From: an uncultured Candidatus Saccharibacteria bacterium
Lineage (GTDB): Bacteria > Patescibacteriota > Minisyncoccia > Phycocordibacterales > Phycocordibacteraceae
DNA length: 60,535 nucleotides
Assembly (NCBI GenBank): GCA_964651935.1
Contig: CAZYZM010000001.1
Location: forward strand, 1 to 60,535
Direction: 5' to 3'
The position numbers were made by a program, and so were the translations under genes. The stretch's first letter is position 1, and each line of letters starts with the position of its first letter. Below the pieces are notes generated by a model. The model had not been told where the DNA came from. It saw nothing but the letters and a program-made list of their open reading frames with translations, and did not search any database. Shown in pieces: positions 23,806-33,255 of this stretch.

Positions 23806-26103
23806 CTAGAGGGATTCGGTCGTCGTGGTCGTAGACGTCGTGGTAGTTGATACCGGCGTCTGCGGAACCGCGACCGGCTGGCCGAAGCCGCCGTTGGCGA
23901 GATACTTCGCGCGGCTGAGCGGGCCGAAGTAGCCGGCCGTCGGCATCACGCCGTTGGATGCCTGCCATGCCGAGACCGCGGCGCGCGTCTGCGGGCCGAA
24001 GTAGGTCGTCGGGCCGTCAGGGATGCTGTATCCTGCCGCGATGAGCTCGGTCTGAAGCTCCTTCACGTCATCGCCGACGACACCGAAGTAGAGGTCGCGC
24101 GTGAAGTTGAAGGTCGCGGCACCGAGGACCTGGCCCACGGTCGTGCCGGCAGTCGGCGTCGTAACCGCGGTCGTTACCGTCGGAACCGGAGCCGACTGAC
24201 CGGAGGAGCCGTGGCGGCGGGAAGAGCCGCTGTCGTCATCGTCGTCGTCATCCGACGGTGCCGGAGCGAGATTCCACCAGACCTGCGTTCCCGTAAGGAC
24301 CGGGTCAGAGAGGAGGTCGGCGCTATCCGTGACGAAGTCGTCAGCGTTAGCGGTTACGTCCGCATCCACCCATGCTACCGGCGTAGTGAGGAACGCCGGG
24401 TCTGAAGACGGAGAGAACGAGAGCGTCGCGCCGTCGGCGAACTCGACGTTCGCGCCTGAGACGTTCTTTACCTCGACGCCTCCCCACGTGTTGCCGTTCA
24501 GGGCGATGTCTCCTTCGAGCACGAGCTTTCCGTCGAGTACGGTGATGCCCGCCTTCTTGCTGTTCGTGACCGAGACATTCTCGAAGGTAGCCGTTCCTGA
24601 AGGATTGGCTACCTCGACAAGGTTATCGGCGAGAGCAGACGTGGTGATCGCAAGATCCTTGACCGTCGCGTCAGCCTGTACGCCGAACCCGAGCGAGGTG
24701 CTTCCGCCGGTCGTATCAGGGCTCTCGAGCGTGAGCGTGTGGCCGTTGCCTTCGATCGTTACCGCCTTTGTCAGCAGGACGCTCGTCGTCGCGGTAATAT
24801 CTGATTCGAACGAAATAGTATCGCCATCCTGCGCAGTACGCAGTACAGAATCAAGATTTCCGAGAGCATCACTGACTTCGTAGGTTACTGTCGGAGTGCC
24901 CGTAATATCTGAACCGGATGTATTGAAGCCAGAGCTGTAGCGATAGCTATTGATAGCATCAATCGCCGTCGCGTTGACGATATTCACATTGTCGAAGGTG
25001 ATGTGCGTACCATCCGGAGAATAGCGGAATGAGATTCCTGCATTCTTGATAGTTACGTTGCGCACCGTGTGATTGCCTGCCCCGTTGAAGTAGAGCGAAC
25101 CGCCCCACTCCTTCGAGAACTGCTCGTCGTCAGGTTTACTCGACATATTGTCGTATATGTCATCACCGACCTTGGTGTTCGGTTCGATCGTCATATCTTC
25201 GATAGTCGCGTCAGAACCTATGACTTCCAGGGTCTTGTTGCCTTCTACCTTAGACATGAGCGTGAGGCCTTTTATGGTCACGTTATCGCCGAAGACTGCG
25301 ATAAGGTCCTGACTGCTCCATTCACCGTTAGCGGAGTACTCGTGACCGTATATGACCGGATTCCCTTCTCCCTGGATAGTCAGGTCATCCTTCGTAATCG
25401 GGAAATACCACCCCGTCTCGTTGCCGGCAGTAACGTCATCCATGCGGTCAAGCGCGTAATCGCCAGCCTCAATGGTCCAGGTCTGGCCAGCCTGCTGGTT
25501 TCGAATCGCGTCCTGGAGCTCTGATACGTTATGTATCACTATCGGTGCTGCCGGAGTGGGTTCGTTCACTGTTAGGGTGGTGGTAACAGATGTGATTACC
25601 GTGGCGTCGCTCACATCTACGAGATTCGTAGTGAGCGTATACTCGCCTGCCTGATCTGAGACAGGATATATGTCAGTCGGACCGTTCGAAGCACCGTATG
25701 GAAGCGGAAATCCGGTACTCGGACCCCACCCAGACTTCGCAACATCGAACCAATCGCCATTCGTATCCTGCGCCCACAGCTGCACATGCCCTGACGGCGT
25801 TACTGACGTTGCATCAGTACGCACGGCAGCGTAGTCGGTCGTGGTGCCTGCGCCGTTATTCGCAAGAGTAACGCCTATAGGTGAGATTGAAGCAATCGCA
25901 GCGGCTACTGCATCATTATCAATTGCCGCACCGGTCGTCGCGTCTTCGTCAAGAAGTGCCGAGACATCCACCGAAGCCGCGCTCGGTGCAGAAAGCTGAA
26001 CGTTAGGATCGTCCTCGATAGCGAGAACGCCCGTCGGAGCCATGCTCGCGATCATGGCAAGAGCCACGGCCGAGCTGGCAAGCTTGGTAAGAGTGTGTTT
26101 CAT
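23806..26103 (-). CDS. secreted right-handed beta-helix-like protein with a C-terminal peptidoglycan-binding domain
   Basis: 765 aa with a signal peptide. Repetitive (V/I)xN(V/I)T/Nxx segments are typical of parallel beta-helices, followed by a poly-Asp linker (DDDDDDD). PG_binding_1-like GDDVKELQTELIAAGY...GPQTRAAVSAWQ and a Thr-rich tail. Confidence 0.65.
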   Translation of the reverse strand: MKHTLTKLASSAVALAMIASMAPTGVLAIEDDPNVQLSAPSAASVDVSALLDEDATTGAAIDNDAVAAAIASISPIGVTLANNGAGTTTDYAAVRTDATSVTPSGHVQLWAQDTNGDWFDVAKSGWGPSTGFPLPYGASNGPTDIYPVSDQAGEYTLTTNLVDVSDATVITSVTTTLTVNEPTPAAPIVIHNVSELQDAIRNQQAGQTWTIEAGDYALDRMDDVTAGNETGWYFPITKDDLTIQGEGNPVIYGHEYSANGEWSSQDLIAVFGDNVTIKGLTLMSKVEGNKTLEVIGSDATIEDMTIEPNTKVGDDIYDNMSSKPDDEQFSKEWGGSLYFNGAGNHTVRNVTIKNAGISFRYSPDGTHITFDNVNIVNATAIDAINSYRYSSGFNTSGSDITGTPTVTYEVSDALGNLDSVLRTAQDGDTISFESDITATTSVLLTKAVTIEGNGHTLTLESPDTTGGSTSLGFGVQADATVKDLAITTSALADNLVEVANPSGTATFENVSVTNSKKAGITVLDGKLVLEGDIALNGNTWGGVEVKNVSGANVEFADGATLSFSPSSDPAFLTTPVAWVDADVTANADDFVTDSADLLSDPVLTGTQVWWNLAPAPSDDDDDDDSGSSRRHGSSGQSAPVPTVTTAVTTPTAGTTVGQVLGAATFNFTRDLYFGVVGDDVKELQTELIAAGYSIPDGPTTYFGPQTRAAVSAWQASNGVMPTAGYFGPLSRAKYLANGGFGQPVAVPQTPVSTTTTSTTTTTESL

Positions 26104-26307
26104 GAGTCAAATATAGTTAAGAACCTTCGATTCATTAAGGTACGAACGTATATCAGGAATCGTGTTCCTTGCCCCGAATAACTAGTTTTGACTCTACTCC
26201 TCGAGTTCAAGCTGTCAACATCTCGTGTTCACGTCTTCTTTAACTTTTCTTTATATTTATTTTATGAGCCCGTACCTACAAGCTTCATTCCGGACACATG
26301 CGTCCGG

Positions 26308-26769
26308 TCATTTCCCCTCTGCCGGCATGGAATAGATGCGGTAGCCGTCGAATTTCCCTTCGTTCATACGGGAAAGGATGCAGCTGCGGATGGCGCGCGG
26401 CTTGCCGTCTGCGAGCGTGAGCGTCGACGAATACAGCTCGTACGCCTCCCTAGCGCCGGTACGCGGAGCGGCAGTCCCTTCTTCCGCATCGGCCTTCTTC
26501 GACGGCAGCGACAGCACAGACGTCGCATCCTGTCCGAGCAGTTCCTCTTCTGAGCGGCCGAAAACCTGAAGCACATCCCCGTACGCGCGTACCACGCAGC
26601 CGGACGCGTCGCACTCGATCATCGCCCAGGGCGTCCGCTCGCCCGGCGTCCACATCGAGAACGAGCCGCACCGACGGCACTTCACTTCGACGACGCTCGA
26701 AAACAGCAGTCCTTTGAAAAGGAGCTTCCCGCAGGGGCATCGGTATTCGATAAGGTGGGGAGAACTCAT
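26308..26769 (-). CDS. Com-type zinc-ribbon fused to a PAS-like domain
   Basis: 153 aa. The N-terminal YRCPCGKLLFKGLLFSSVVEVKCRRCGS mirrors the Mu Com zinc finger (C..C.KLLFK......IEIKC.RC). The remainder has PAS-like spacing (ECDASGCVVRAYGDVLQVFG...EELLG). Confidence 0.5.
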   Translation of the reverse strand: MSSPHLIEYRCPCGKLLFKGLLFSSVVEVKCRRCGSFSMWTPGERTPWAMIECDASGCVVRAYGDVLQVFGRSEEELLGQDATSVLSLPSKKADAEEGTAAPRTGAREAYELYSSTLTLADGKPRAIRSCILSRMNEGKFDGYRIYSMPAEGK

Positions 26770-26881
26770 AGGGTGGAGGGCCGGCCGCGGAGGGTCGTTC
26801 CTTTATATATAAGAGTACTGAACGAGATATAAAGAAATCCTCAAGAAATCTTCATAATCAGCCGGGACCTGTTGATAACGT

Positions 26882-28255
26882 TCAGGCGATTTCCCGCAGG
26901 AAATCGACGCTTTTGCGCTGTTCGGCGAGGGCTTCCTGGGCGACCCGCTCGTTCCGCGCGACGAATCGCTCGAGCGGAGCAGGATCCTCGACGAAGGAGA
27001 GCGCGCGCAGCGCCGCCCGCGACTGCCGGGCATGCGCGAGCACCGACTCGCAGATGGGCGCGAGCGTCTCGAACCAGAAGAGCCGCTCGAGCTCCGGCAT
27101 GTCCTTTTTCAGGTCGATAGCCTTCCGTTCCGGATGGGAATCCTTCCATACCGAGAGCAGCTTCGCGACGACGGTCGATATATGGCCGCGCGCGAGGTCT
27201 TCCTTCCAGTCGTGCGCGTCGTCGTTGAGCTGCATGGCCACGAGATAGTGCGCGAAGTAGCGGATGAGGCCCGCGACTTCAGGGCCTTCGAGCGCGTAGC
27301 CGAGCTCGAGCAGCATAGCTACGGGGCCGAGCACATGGCCGGCTGCAGGAAAGAACTTTATGTCGTATTCCCCGTATGCGGGCAGCTCTTCGGGAACCTG
27401 AAGACGGGAGCCGCTGCGTTTGAGACGGCAGGCGCGCATCTCCCACTCGTTCGCCGCGTCCAACTGGTCCATGAGGCCATGAAAGAACGCGGGAAAACCG
27501 GAAGCTTCGGGCGCGGCATGCTCGAAGAAGGCCACGTAGTGCCGGGCGAAGAGGTTCGCGACCGGCAGGAGCCGCGGTTCGGCGGCTTCGTCCTCGTCCC
27601 AGAAATCGTCGTAGACGATGAAGGCAGTCCAGAAGAAGACGTTCGCCAGGCCGAGCTCAGCGATGCGCCGATCGCCGAACCGCTGACCGACGTTTCCGAG
27701 CGCCTGACGCATATAGAGCGGCATGAGCGACATCTGCTTGTCAGGATTCCCGCGTATCGTACGGCGTATCACGGCGCGCGCATTCTCGGCGAATGCCGGC
27801 GAGAGGCCTTCGAGCCGTTCGTCGGCAGCGCGGAACAGCTCCCTGAAGAGCCGTTCTTCCTCGGAAGTAACCCGCTCGTCTGCGTCAGGTCCTGCTGCTA
27901 CTGCGCCGTCGCTCGCCCGGTACGCGCGCAGCAGTTCTTGGAACATCCGCGCGCCTATGAACGGCGATGATACGGCCCCTGACACGGGGAGGCGCTCTGC
28001 GAGGAATGCGTCCAGCTTCGGAAGGCGCACATCGTGGCGTCTCAGGAAGACCGCGACGGCAAGATTGATTCCGGTATCGACATCCGCGCGCGTGCCGCCT
28101 ACGGTTGCCGCATACGGGCCGCCTTCCTCTGTCTCGTGCGCGGCAAGACCGGCGAGGATGCGGGCCAGCGCCGCGCCGTCGGCATCAGCATGCGGGCCGC
28201 GCGCGAGGGACGCGAGGATATCGGCGAGGAACGGAGGGAGTGAGGGAGTCCGCAT
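26882..28255 (-). CDS. hypothetical protein with isoprenoid-synthase-like Asp-rich motifs
   Basis: 457 aa and largely helical. It contains FIVYDDFWDEDE and, about 130 aa downstream, AMQLNDDAHDWKEDL. These resemble the two metal-binding motifs of class I terpenoid/polyprenyl synthases. Confidence 0.4.
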   Translation of the reverse strand: MRTPSLPPFLADILASLARGPHADADGAALARILAGLAAHETEEGGPYAATVGGTRADVDTGINLAVAVFLRRHDVRLPKLDAFLAERLPVSGAVSSPFIGARMFQELLRAYRASDGAVAAGPDADERVTSEEERLFRELFRAADERLEGLSPAFAENARAVIRRTIRGNPDKQMSLMPLYMRQALGNVGQRFGDRRIAELGLANVFFWTAFIVYDDFWDEDEAAEPRLLPVANLFARHYVAFFEHAAPEASGFPAFFHGLMDQLDAANEWEMRACRLKRSGSRLQVPEELPAYGEYDIKFFPAAGHVLGPVAMLLELGYALEGPEVAGLIRYFAHYLVAMQLNDDAHDWKEDLARGHISTVVAKLLSVWKDSHPERKAIDLKKDMPELERLFWFETLAPICESVLAHARQSRAALRALSFVEDPAPLERFVARNERVAQEALAEQRKSVDFLREIA

Positions 28256-28292
28256 GGGAAAGCGTATGCCGAGCGCGCACGCGCGGCGGAAC

Positions 28293-29708
28293 TCACGGTT
28301 CTCGTATAGGTAAGTATAGCGTGAATAGCGACCCCTCCCCTGCGGTGCTGTCTACAGCGAGCGAGCCGCCGAAGCCCTTCTCGACGATGCGCTTGGCGAG
28401 CGGGAGGCCGAGACCGAGCCCTTCCTCGTTCCCTTTCGTCGTGAAGAACGGTTCGAAGATGCGCGGGAGCGCGTCCGTATCGATGCCGCGCCCCTGGTCG
28501 CGGATACTGACCATCGCGGCATCCGGCTCGAGAACGAGCGTAACGGCGACTTCGCGCGGCGCTGAAGGCGCGGCGTCCTGCGGCGGCGGGTACGACTGAA
28601 TAGCATTGCTGAGCAGGTTCGTGAGCGCCTGGGTGAGGGATACAGGGTCGCCGTACAGCTGCGCGTCTTCCGACGCAAAAAGGCGGAGCCGCACGCCGCG
28701 CTGCCGGGCATACGAGGAGAGCACGCCGGTCGCCTCTTCGAGCATATGGCGCAAGGAAAAGAGCTCCTGGGTACCCTCGCGCGCCAGGTGCTTGCGCATG
28801 GAATCGAGCAGGGACTGCATATGCGCTGCGGCGCGCTTCGCGCGCCGCACGTCCTCGGCCAGCGCCGTCCGCGACGACGGCGCGTCCGCGATGCGTCCGA
28901 TATTGAGCGAGAGCGCGGCGAGCGGGTTCATGAGGTCATGGAAGACGCCGCTGGCGAGCCGGCCGAATTCCACGAAGCGGTACGCCTCGCTCATCCGTTC
29001 GAGCTGCGCCTGGCGCAGCTCGAGGGTGCGCTCCTCTACCCGCACTTCGAGCAGGTCGCGCTCTTCCTTCAGGGCCGCTTCCGAACGCCGTGCACGATCG
29101 AGCGATTTCCCTATCTCGCGGTTGCCGAGCCAGGCGACCGTCGCCACGATCGCATAGATGAGAGCGATCATGATCACGTCGCCCCAGCTCCATATGTCTG
29201 AGCGCCAGTACGTATCGGTCGCGATGAGGCCCCGCTGCTGCGCGTATGCGGTCGCGCACATGACGACGGCGATGAGAGCGGTGCCTAGGAACGCCATGCG
29301 CGTGCTCAGGAGTATGCCTGCCATCACGATGACGAGCGGGTAGAAGACGATCTCCGCCGGAACGTCGACGCCCCAGCGGAAGCCCATGTATGCCGTGAGG
29401 AGAAAGAACGCGCCGACGAGAAGATAGGACGGAAGACGCACCATCCGGTTCCGCGAGAGCGCGTACAGGCCGGCGAAGAATATGAAAACGAGATAGAGCG
29501 TCAGCTCAGAAAGCGATTCCGCTTCATGCGCGAGCGGATCAGAAAGGATACGGTGCACGCCATCGATGAGCACGCCGATGCCGAACAGCGCCAGCAGGCT
29601 CAGGAGCAGGACGTTGAGGATGAACTCCCGACGCGCCGTATCCTCATCGCGAGACTTCGGCGCCGTCGCGGCCGTAAAGAGGTCAGGAAGCGCGGAGAGC
29701 AGGTTCAT
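28293..29708 (-). CDS. membrane sensor histidine kinase
   Basis: 471 aa with about 6 N-terminal helices and a coiled coil. H-box VFHDLMNPLAAL, N-box LTNLLSNAIQS, and G-boxes RDQGRGI and GLGLGLPLAK. Confidence 0.9.
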   Translation of the reverse strand: MNLLSALPDLFTAATAPKSRDEDTARREFILNVLLLSLLALFGIGVLIDGVHRILSDPLAHEAESLSELTLYLVFIFFAGLYALSRNRMVRLPSYLLVGAFFLLTAYMGFRWGVDVPAEIVFYPLVIVMAGILLSTRMAFLGTALIAVVMCATAYAQQRGLIATDTYWRSDIWSWGDVIMIALIYAIVATVAWLGNREIGKSLDRARRSEAALKEERDLLEVRVEERTLELRQAQLERMSEAYRFVEFGRLASGVFHDLMNPLAALSLNIGRIADAPSSRTALAEDVRRAKRAAAHMQSLLDSMRKHLAREGTQELFSLRHMLEEATGVLSSYARQRGVRLRLFASEDAQLYGDPVSLTQALTNLLSNAIQSYPPPQDAAPSAPREVAVTLVLEPDAAMVSIRDQGRGIDTDALPRIFEPFFTTKGNEEGLGLGLPLAKRIVEKGFGGSLAVDSTAGEGSLFTLYLPIREP

Positions 29709-29921
29709 GAGATAAGTACGGGCATCGGCGCGCCTCTAAATTTGAATCCTGAACTATCCGCTCCATGGGCTGCCGACCTGCACGGCCGACACCAGAAGAG
29801 CGGTGAGCGCGGCATTGCTCCGCACGGTCTTGCTGCTCAGGAATGCAGCTATGGCTTCTTTCATAGCGCGATGAAATAAATTGCCTTGTAACGCATCGAC
29901 CTTACGTAAGTATACCGGCGT

Positions 29922-30584
29922 TCACTCCTCGCCGATCACATATCCCCTCCCGTGCACCGTCCGTATCAGCTGCCCCTTCCCTATCTTCTTGCGCACGTTT
30001 GCAAGATGCGTCTCGACCGCGTTCGAGAACAGGTCCGCCTTCGCGTTCCAGACATGCTCGATGAGCTCTTCTTTGGGAATCACCGAACCGTGGCGGCGCA
30101 CCAGGTATTCCAGGAGCGCGAATTCCTTCCGGGTGAGAGGCAGCAGCCGCGAACGGTACCACGCCAGCCGCTGCTGCGCGTCCACCTTCAGGTCGCCGAC
30201 GTAGAGCAGGTCGGGGATGACCTCGTGCGAGCGGCGCAGGAGCGCGCGCATGCGGGCGACCAGCTCCTCGAATGAGAACGGCTTCTCGAGATAATCGTCC
30301 GCGCCCGCCGAAAGAAGGCGCACCTTCATCGCCGGATCGCCGACGACCGTGAGCATGAGCACCGGAACGGTCGGCGATTCCTCGCGGATATGCCGTATCA
30401 CCTCTTCTCCGTTCATATCGGGAAGGTTCAGGTCTAGAATGACGAGGTCGTAGCTGTGGAGCCGGGAAAGCCGTGTACCCTCCTCTCCTGTATCCGCAAG
30501 ATCGCAGGCGAACCCGTGCGCCGGCAGATGCGCGTCAAGAAAGCCGGCTATCTCCTGGTCGTCTTCGATGATAAGGGTGCGCAT
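29922..30584 (-). CDS. OmpR/PhoB-family response regulator
   Basis: 220 aa. Receiver domain (IIEDD, DLVILDLNLPDMNG, DDYLEKPF) plus winged helix (LTRKEFALLEYL, IRTVHGRGYVI). Confidence 0.9.
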   Translation of the reverse strand: MRTLIIEDDQEIAGFLDAHLPAHGFACDLADTGEEGTRLSRLHSYDLVILDLNLPDMNGEEVIRHIREESPTVPVLMLTVVGDPAMKVRLLSAGADDYLEKPFSFEELVARMRALLRRSHEVIPDLLYVGDLKVDAQQRLAWYRSRLLPLTRKEFALLEYLVRRHGSVIPKEELIEHVWNAKADLFSNAVETHLANVRKKIGKGQLIRTVHGRGYVIGEE

Positions 30585-30673
30585 ATCGGTGCTGGATACG
30601 GGGGTTCCGCTCCTACTAAAGATAGCACCGGAAGGCCGTCTTCATGAAGCATATGCGGGCCTTCGAGGCGGAT

Positions 30674-30702
30674 TTGACAATTTTCACTGCATGTGCTATA
30701 TG
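30674..30702 (+). promoter_or_regulatory. candidate sigma70-type promoter for the 30746 gene
   Basis: TTGACA-17 nt-TATATG. GAGGAG lies about 9 nt upstream of the ATG at 30746. Confidence 0.45.
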
Positions 30703-30745
30703 AATATAAGAGGGTTTTCATCGTTCATCAGAGGAGATTTCAATA

Positions 30746-31441
30746 ATGCGTGTTCTTGTCCTTGGTGCGGGTGCACTGTTCGCCGCGATGTGTTTCGGCG
30801 GCGCAGCGCATGCTGCGCCGCAGGAACGCCCCGTCGTCGTGCAGCATCCGCCCGCAGAATCCACGGCCATCGAGCCGGAAGAAGCGGTGCCGGCACCCGT
30901 TGTGGTGCGCGCGGCGCCTGCGCCGCAGGCGTCTGAACCCGTGCCGCCGAAGCCGGTCGCACAGGTTCCCCAGGCGTCGCTCTCGCAAGGCGACCCGCGC
31001 TGGAAGAACAAGCTGCTCGCCTATGGAGTAACCATCGGCAAGGCAGGCTGTCTTTTCATGTCCCTCTTCACCTCCGTGGTGGAGCTGGGATACCGCTTCG
31101 ACGTGCTGGACTTCCTTGACCTGCTCAGGGATAACCGGCTCTTCGATGCGCGCGGCAGGCTGTTCTGGGACATCGGGAAGGCCATTCCCGGCTTGTCCGC
31201 CGAGCGCCTGCGCCTTTCGGGCGAAGCGGCGCTCAAGACGGCGCGCGATAGCATCGCCGCCGGCAGCCGCGTGCTGATCGAGGTCGCCACCTCGCACGGC
31301 ACGAAGCACTGGGTCGCGGTCGTGAAGACCATCGGCGACTCGCTGCTCATCGCGGATCCGGACGGCGGCAAGGTCGGCACCCTGTCCGACCTCTACAGCA
31401 CGAGCCGGGTTACCGGCCTCGCGGTCCTGACGCAGAAATAA
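30746..31441 (+). CDS. secreted papain-like (C39-like) cysteine peptidase domain protein
   Basis: 231 aa. Signal peptide and Pro/Ala-rich linker, then QGDPRWKNKLL...IGKAGCLFMSL (Cys block) and HGTKHWVAVV...IADPDGG (His/Asp block). Confidence 0.5.
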   Translation: MRVLVLGAGALFAAMCFGGAAHAAPQERPVVVQHPPAESTAIEPEEAVPAPVVVRAAPAPQASEPVPPKPVAQVPQASLSQGDPRWKNKLLAYGVTIGKAGCLFMSLFTSVVELGYRFDVLDFLDLLRDNRLFDARGRLFWDIGKAIPGLSAERLRLSGEAALKTARDSIAAGSRVLIEVATSHGTKHWVAVVKTIGDSLLIADPDGGKVGTLSDLYSTSRVTGLAVLTQK

Positions 31442-31476
31442 TCTAAGATACGGCCCGATACGTTCTTACCCTTGCG

Positions 31477-31510
31477 ATGCCGCAGGTCCTCCGGACCTGC
31501 GGCATTTTTC
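31477..31510 (+). terminator. intrinsic terminator
   Basis: ATGCCGCAGGTC-loop-GACCTGCGGCAT followed by TTTTTC. Confidence 0.85.
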
Positions 31511-31538
31511 TATCCCGTATGCGGTATCATGAGAGCAT

Positions 31539-31880
31539 ATGATCAAGCTGAAACGCGCATACGAAGAACCTAAGAAGGGCGACGGCCTCCGCATCCTCGT
31601 CGATCGGCTCTGGCCGCGCGGCGTCTCGAAGGAAGACCTCGAGCTCGACAGCTGGGAGAAGGATCTCGCGCCCACTTCCGAGCTGCGGCGCTGGTTCGGC
31701 CATGACCCGAAGAAGTGGCCCGAGTTCAAGAAGCGCTACACCGCCGAGCTGCGCGCGAACAAAGAGGCGCTCGCCGCGCTCAAGAAGCGCACGAAGGGCC
31801 GTACGGTAACCCTCATATACGGCGCGAAGGACGAAGAGCATAACAATGCCGTCGTGCTCGCCGCGCTCCTGCGGCGCTGA
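31539..31880 (+). CDS. DUF488 (YeaO-like) family protein
   Basis: 113 aa. IKLKRAYEEPKKGDGLRILVDRLWPRGVSKE...LAPTSELRRWFGHDPKKWPEF is characteristic of DUF488/YeaO. Confidence 0.8.
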   Translation: MIKLKRAYEEPKKGDGLRILVDRLWPRGVSKEDLELDSWEKDLAPTSELRRWFGHDPKKWPEFKKRYTAELRANKEALAALKKRTKGRTVTLIYGAKDEEHNNAVVLAALLRR

Positions 31881-31959
31881 CCGCTTTGACATTGAGCGTG
31901 TTTGATGGTACAGAAAACACAGACCCTCGTTCACTCTCATACACGAAAGGAGCATCCTC

Positions 31960-33102
31960 ATGGCAGGATACCTCGAACGTTCGCTGCGAGCGCAGCTGCA
32001 GAAGGCCGGGAACGGCGAGCCGGTACCGGCATTCGCCATCCATACCCCCGGCTTCCTGCTGCGTCTCCCTCTTGAAGGCACGGTCGCCATCGGCGACGCG
32101 TACATGGCCGGAAAGTGGGATGCGCCCGACCTTCCTGCGCTGCTCTCGTATGCCTTTCGGCACGACCTCCCGCAGCGCTTCAGCAGCGTCCTCACGCGCG
32201 CGCTGCGCGCGAGCTGGAAGCTCGCGAATCCGCAGAGCGTACGCCGCTCGGTGCGGGTCGCCCGCGAGCACTACGACCTGGGCGAGCGCCTGTACAGCCT
32301 CATGCTGGGGCCGTCGCTCGCTTACAGCTGCGCGTACTGGAACGGGGCGGCGTCGCTCGACGAAGCGGAATACGCCAAGTTCGACCTCGTCTTCCGCAAG
32401 CTCCGGCTCACGCCTGGCATGCGGCTGCTGGACATCGGCTGCGGCTTCGGCACCTTCGCCAAGTACTGCGCCGAACGCGGCGTGAAGGTGGTGGGCATCA
32501 CGCTCTCCGAGAGCCAGATGAAGGTCGCGCGCGAAGAATGCGCCGGCCTTCCGGTAACCATCCAGAAGATGGACTACCGGGACCTCCCGAAGGTGTTCGA
32601 TGCCCACTGGTTCGACCGCGTCGTCTCCATCGGCATGTTCGAGCATGTCGGGCCGCAGAACTTCCGCACGTTCATGGAAGTCGCGGCGCGCATGCTCAAG
32701 GCCGACGGCCTGTTCCTGCTCCACGCGATCGGGAAGCCGCAGAGCGGCGGGTTCGATCCGTGGATCAACAAGTGGATCTTCCCCGGCGGATACATTCCGT
32801 CGCGGGCAGAGACCGAGCGCGCGTTCGCGACGCCGACGCTGCTCTTCCATGAGGTCGACTTCCACGCCTTCGGCGGCGAGCACTACGCGCGCACGCTGGC
32901 GGCCTGGCGGGAGAACTTCCTGAAAGCGTGGCGCCATCTCGCCCTCGAGTACGGGCCGCGCTGGAACGGCACCTTCTACCGAGGCTGGCTCTTCTATCTT
33001 GCCTCGTGCGAAGCGGCATTCCGCTACGGCGGCCTGGACGTGTACCAGTTCCTGCTCTCTCCGCGCGAGGTCGCCGACACGAAGGCGTACGTGGTGCGGT
33101 AG
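31960..33102 (+). CDS. cfa: cyclopropane-fatty-acyl-phospholipid synthase family methyltransferase
   Basis: 380 aa. HYDLGERLYSLMLGPSLAYSCAYW, SAM motif LLDIGCGFGTFAKY, and the IGMFEHVG block. Confidence 0.85.
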   Translation: MAGYLERSLRAQLQKAGNGEPVPAFAIHTPGFLLRLPLEGTVAIGDAYMAGKWDAPDLPALLSYAFRHDLPQRFSSVLTRALRASWKLANPQSVRRSVRVAREHYDLGERLYSLMLGPSLAYSCAYWNGAASLDEAEYAKFDLVFRKLRLTPGMRLLDIGCGFGTFAKYCAERGVKVVGITLSESQMKVAREECAGLPVTIQKMDYRDLPKVFDAHWFDRVVSIGMFEHVGPQNFRTFMEVAARMLKADGLFLLHAIGKPQSGGFDPWINKWIFPGGYIPSRAETERAFATPTLLFHEVDFHAFGGEHYARTLAAWRENFLKAWRHLALEYGPRWNGTFYRGWLFYLASCEAAFRYGGLDVYQFLLSPREVADTKAYVVR

Positions 33103-33125
33103 CGGGCGCGAACGTGCAAGACAGT

Positions 33126-33159
33126 AATGCCCGACCTGCATGCAGGTCGGGCATTTTTT
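33126..33159 (+). terminator. intrinsic terminator after cfa
   Basis: A 15-bp palindromic stem AATGCCCGACCTGCA/TGCAGGTCGGGCATT running into TTTTTT. Confidence 0.85.
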
Positions 33160-33255
33160 CAGATGCACGCATCGCCACGCCACCTTCAGCAGTCCTTTAG
33201 GGACGCCGTGCTGTACTGCTAGTGCTGAGCATTAGCAGCGCTAACCTATACACGT

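Noticed and set aside
26104-26307. 200-bp AT-rich spacer with a small hairpin (CCGGAC-N6-GTCCGG), checked for an RNA gene or riboswitch
   Set aside because: Only a 6-bp stem is present, with no further conserved-looking structure and no U-tract. It is most simply the promoter region of the beta-helix gene.
31813-33183. 456-aa minus-strand ORF
   Set aside because: It is antisense to cfa and DUF488, both with clear family motifs. Arg/Ala-rich shadow ORF.
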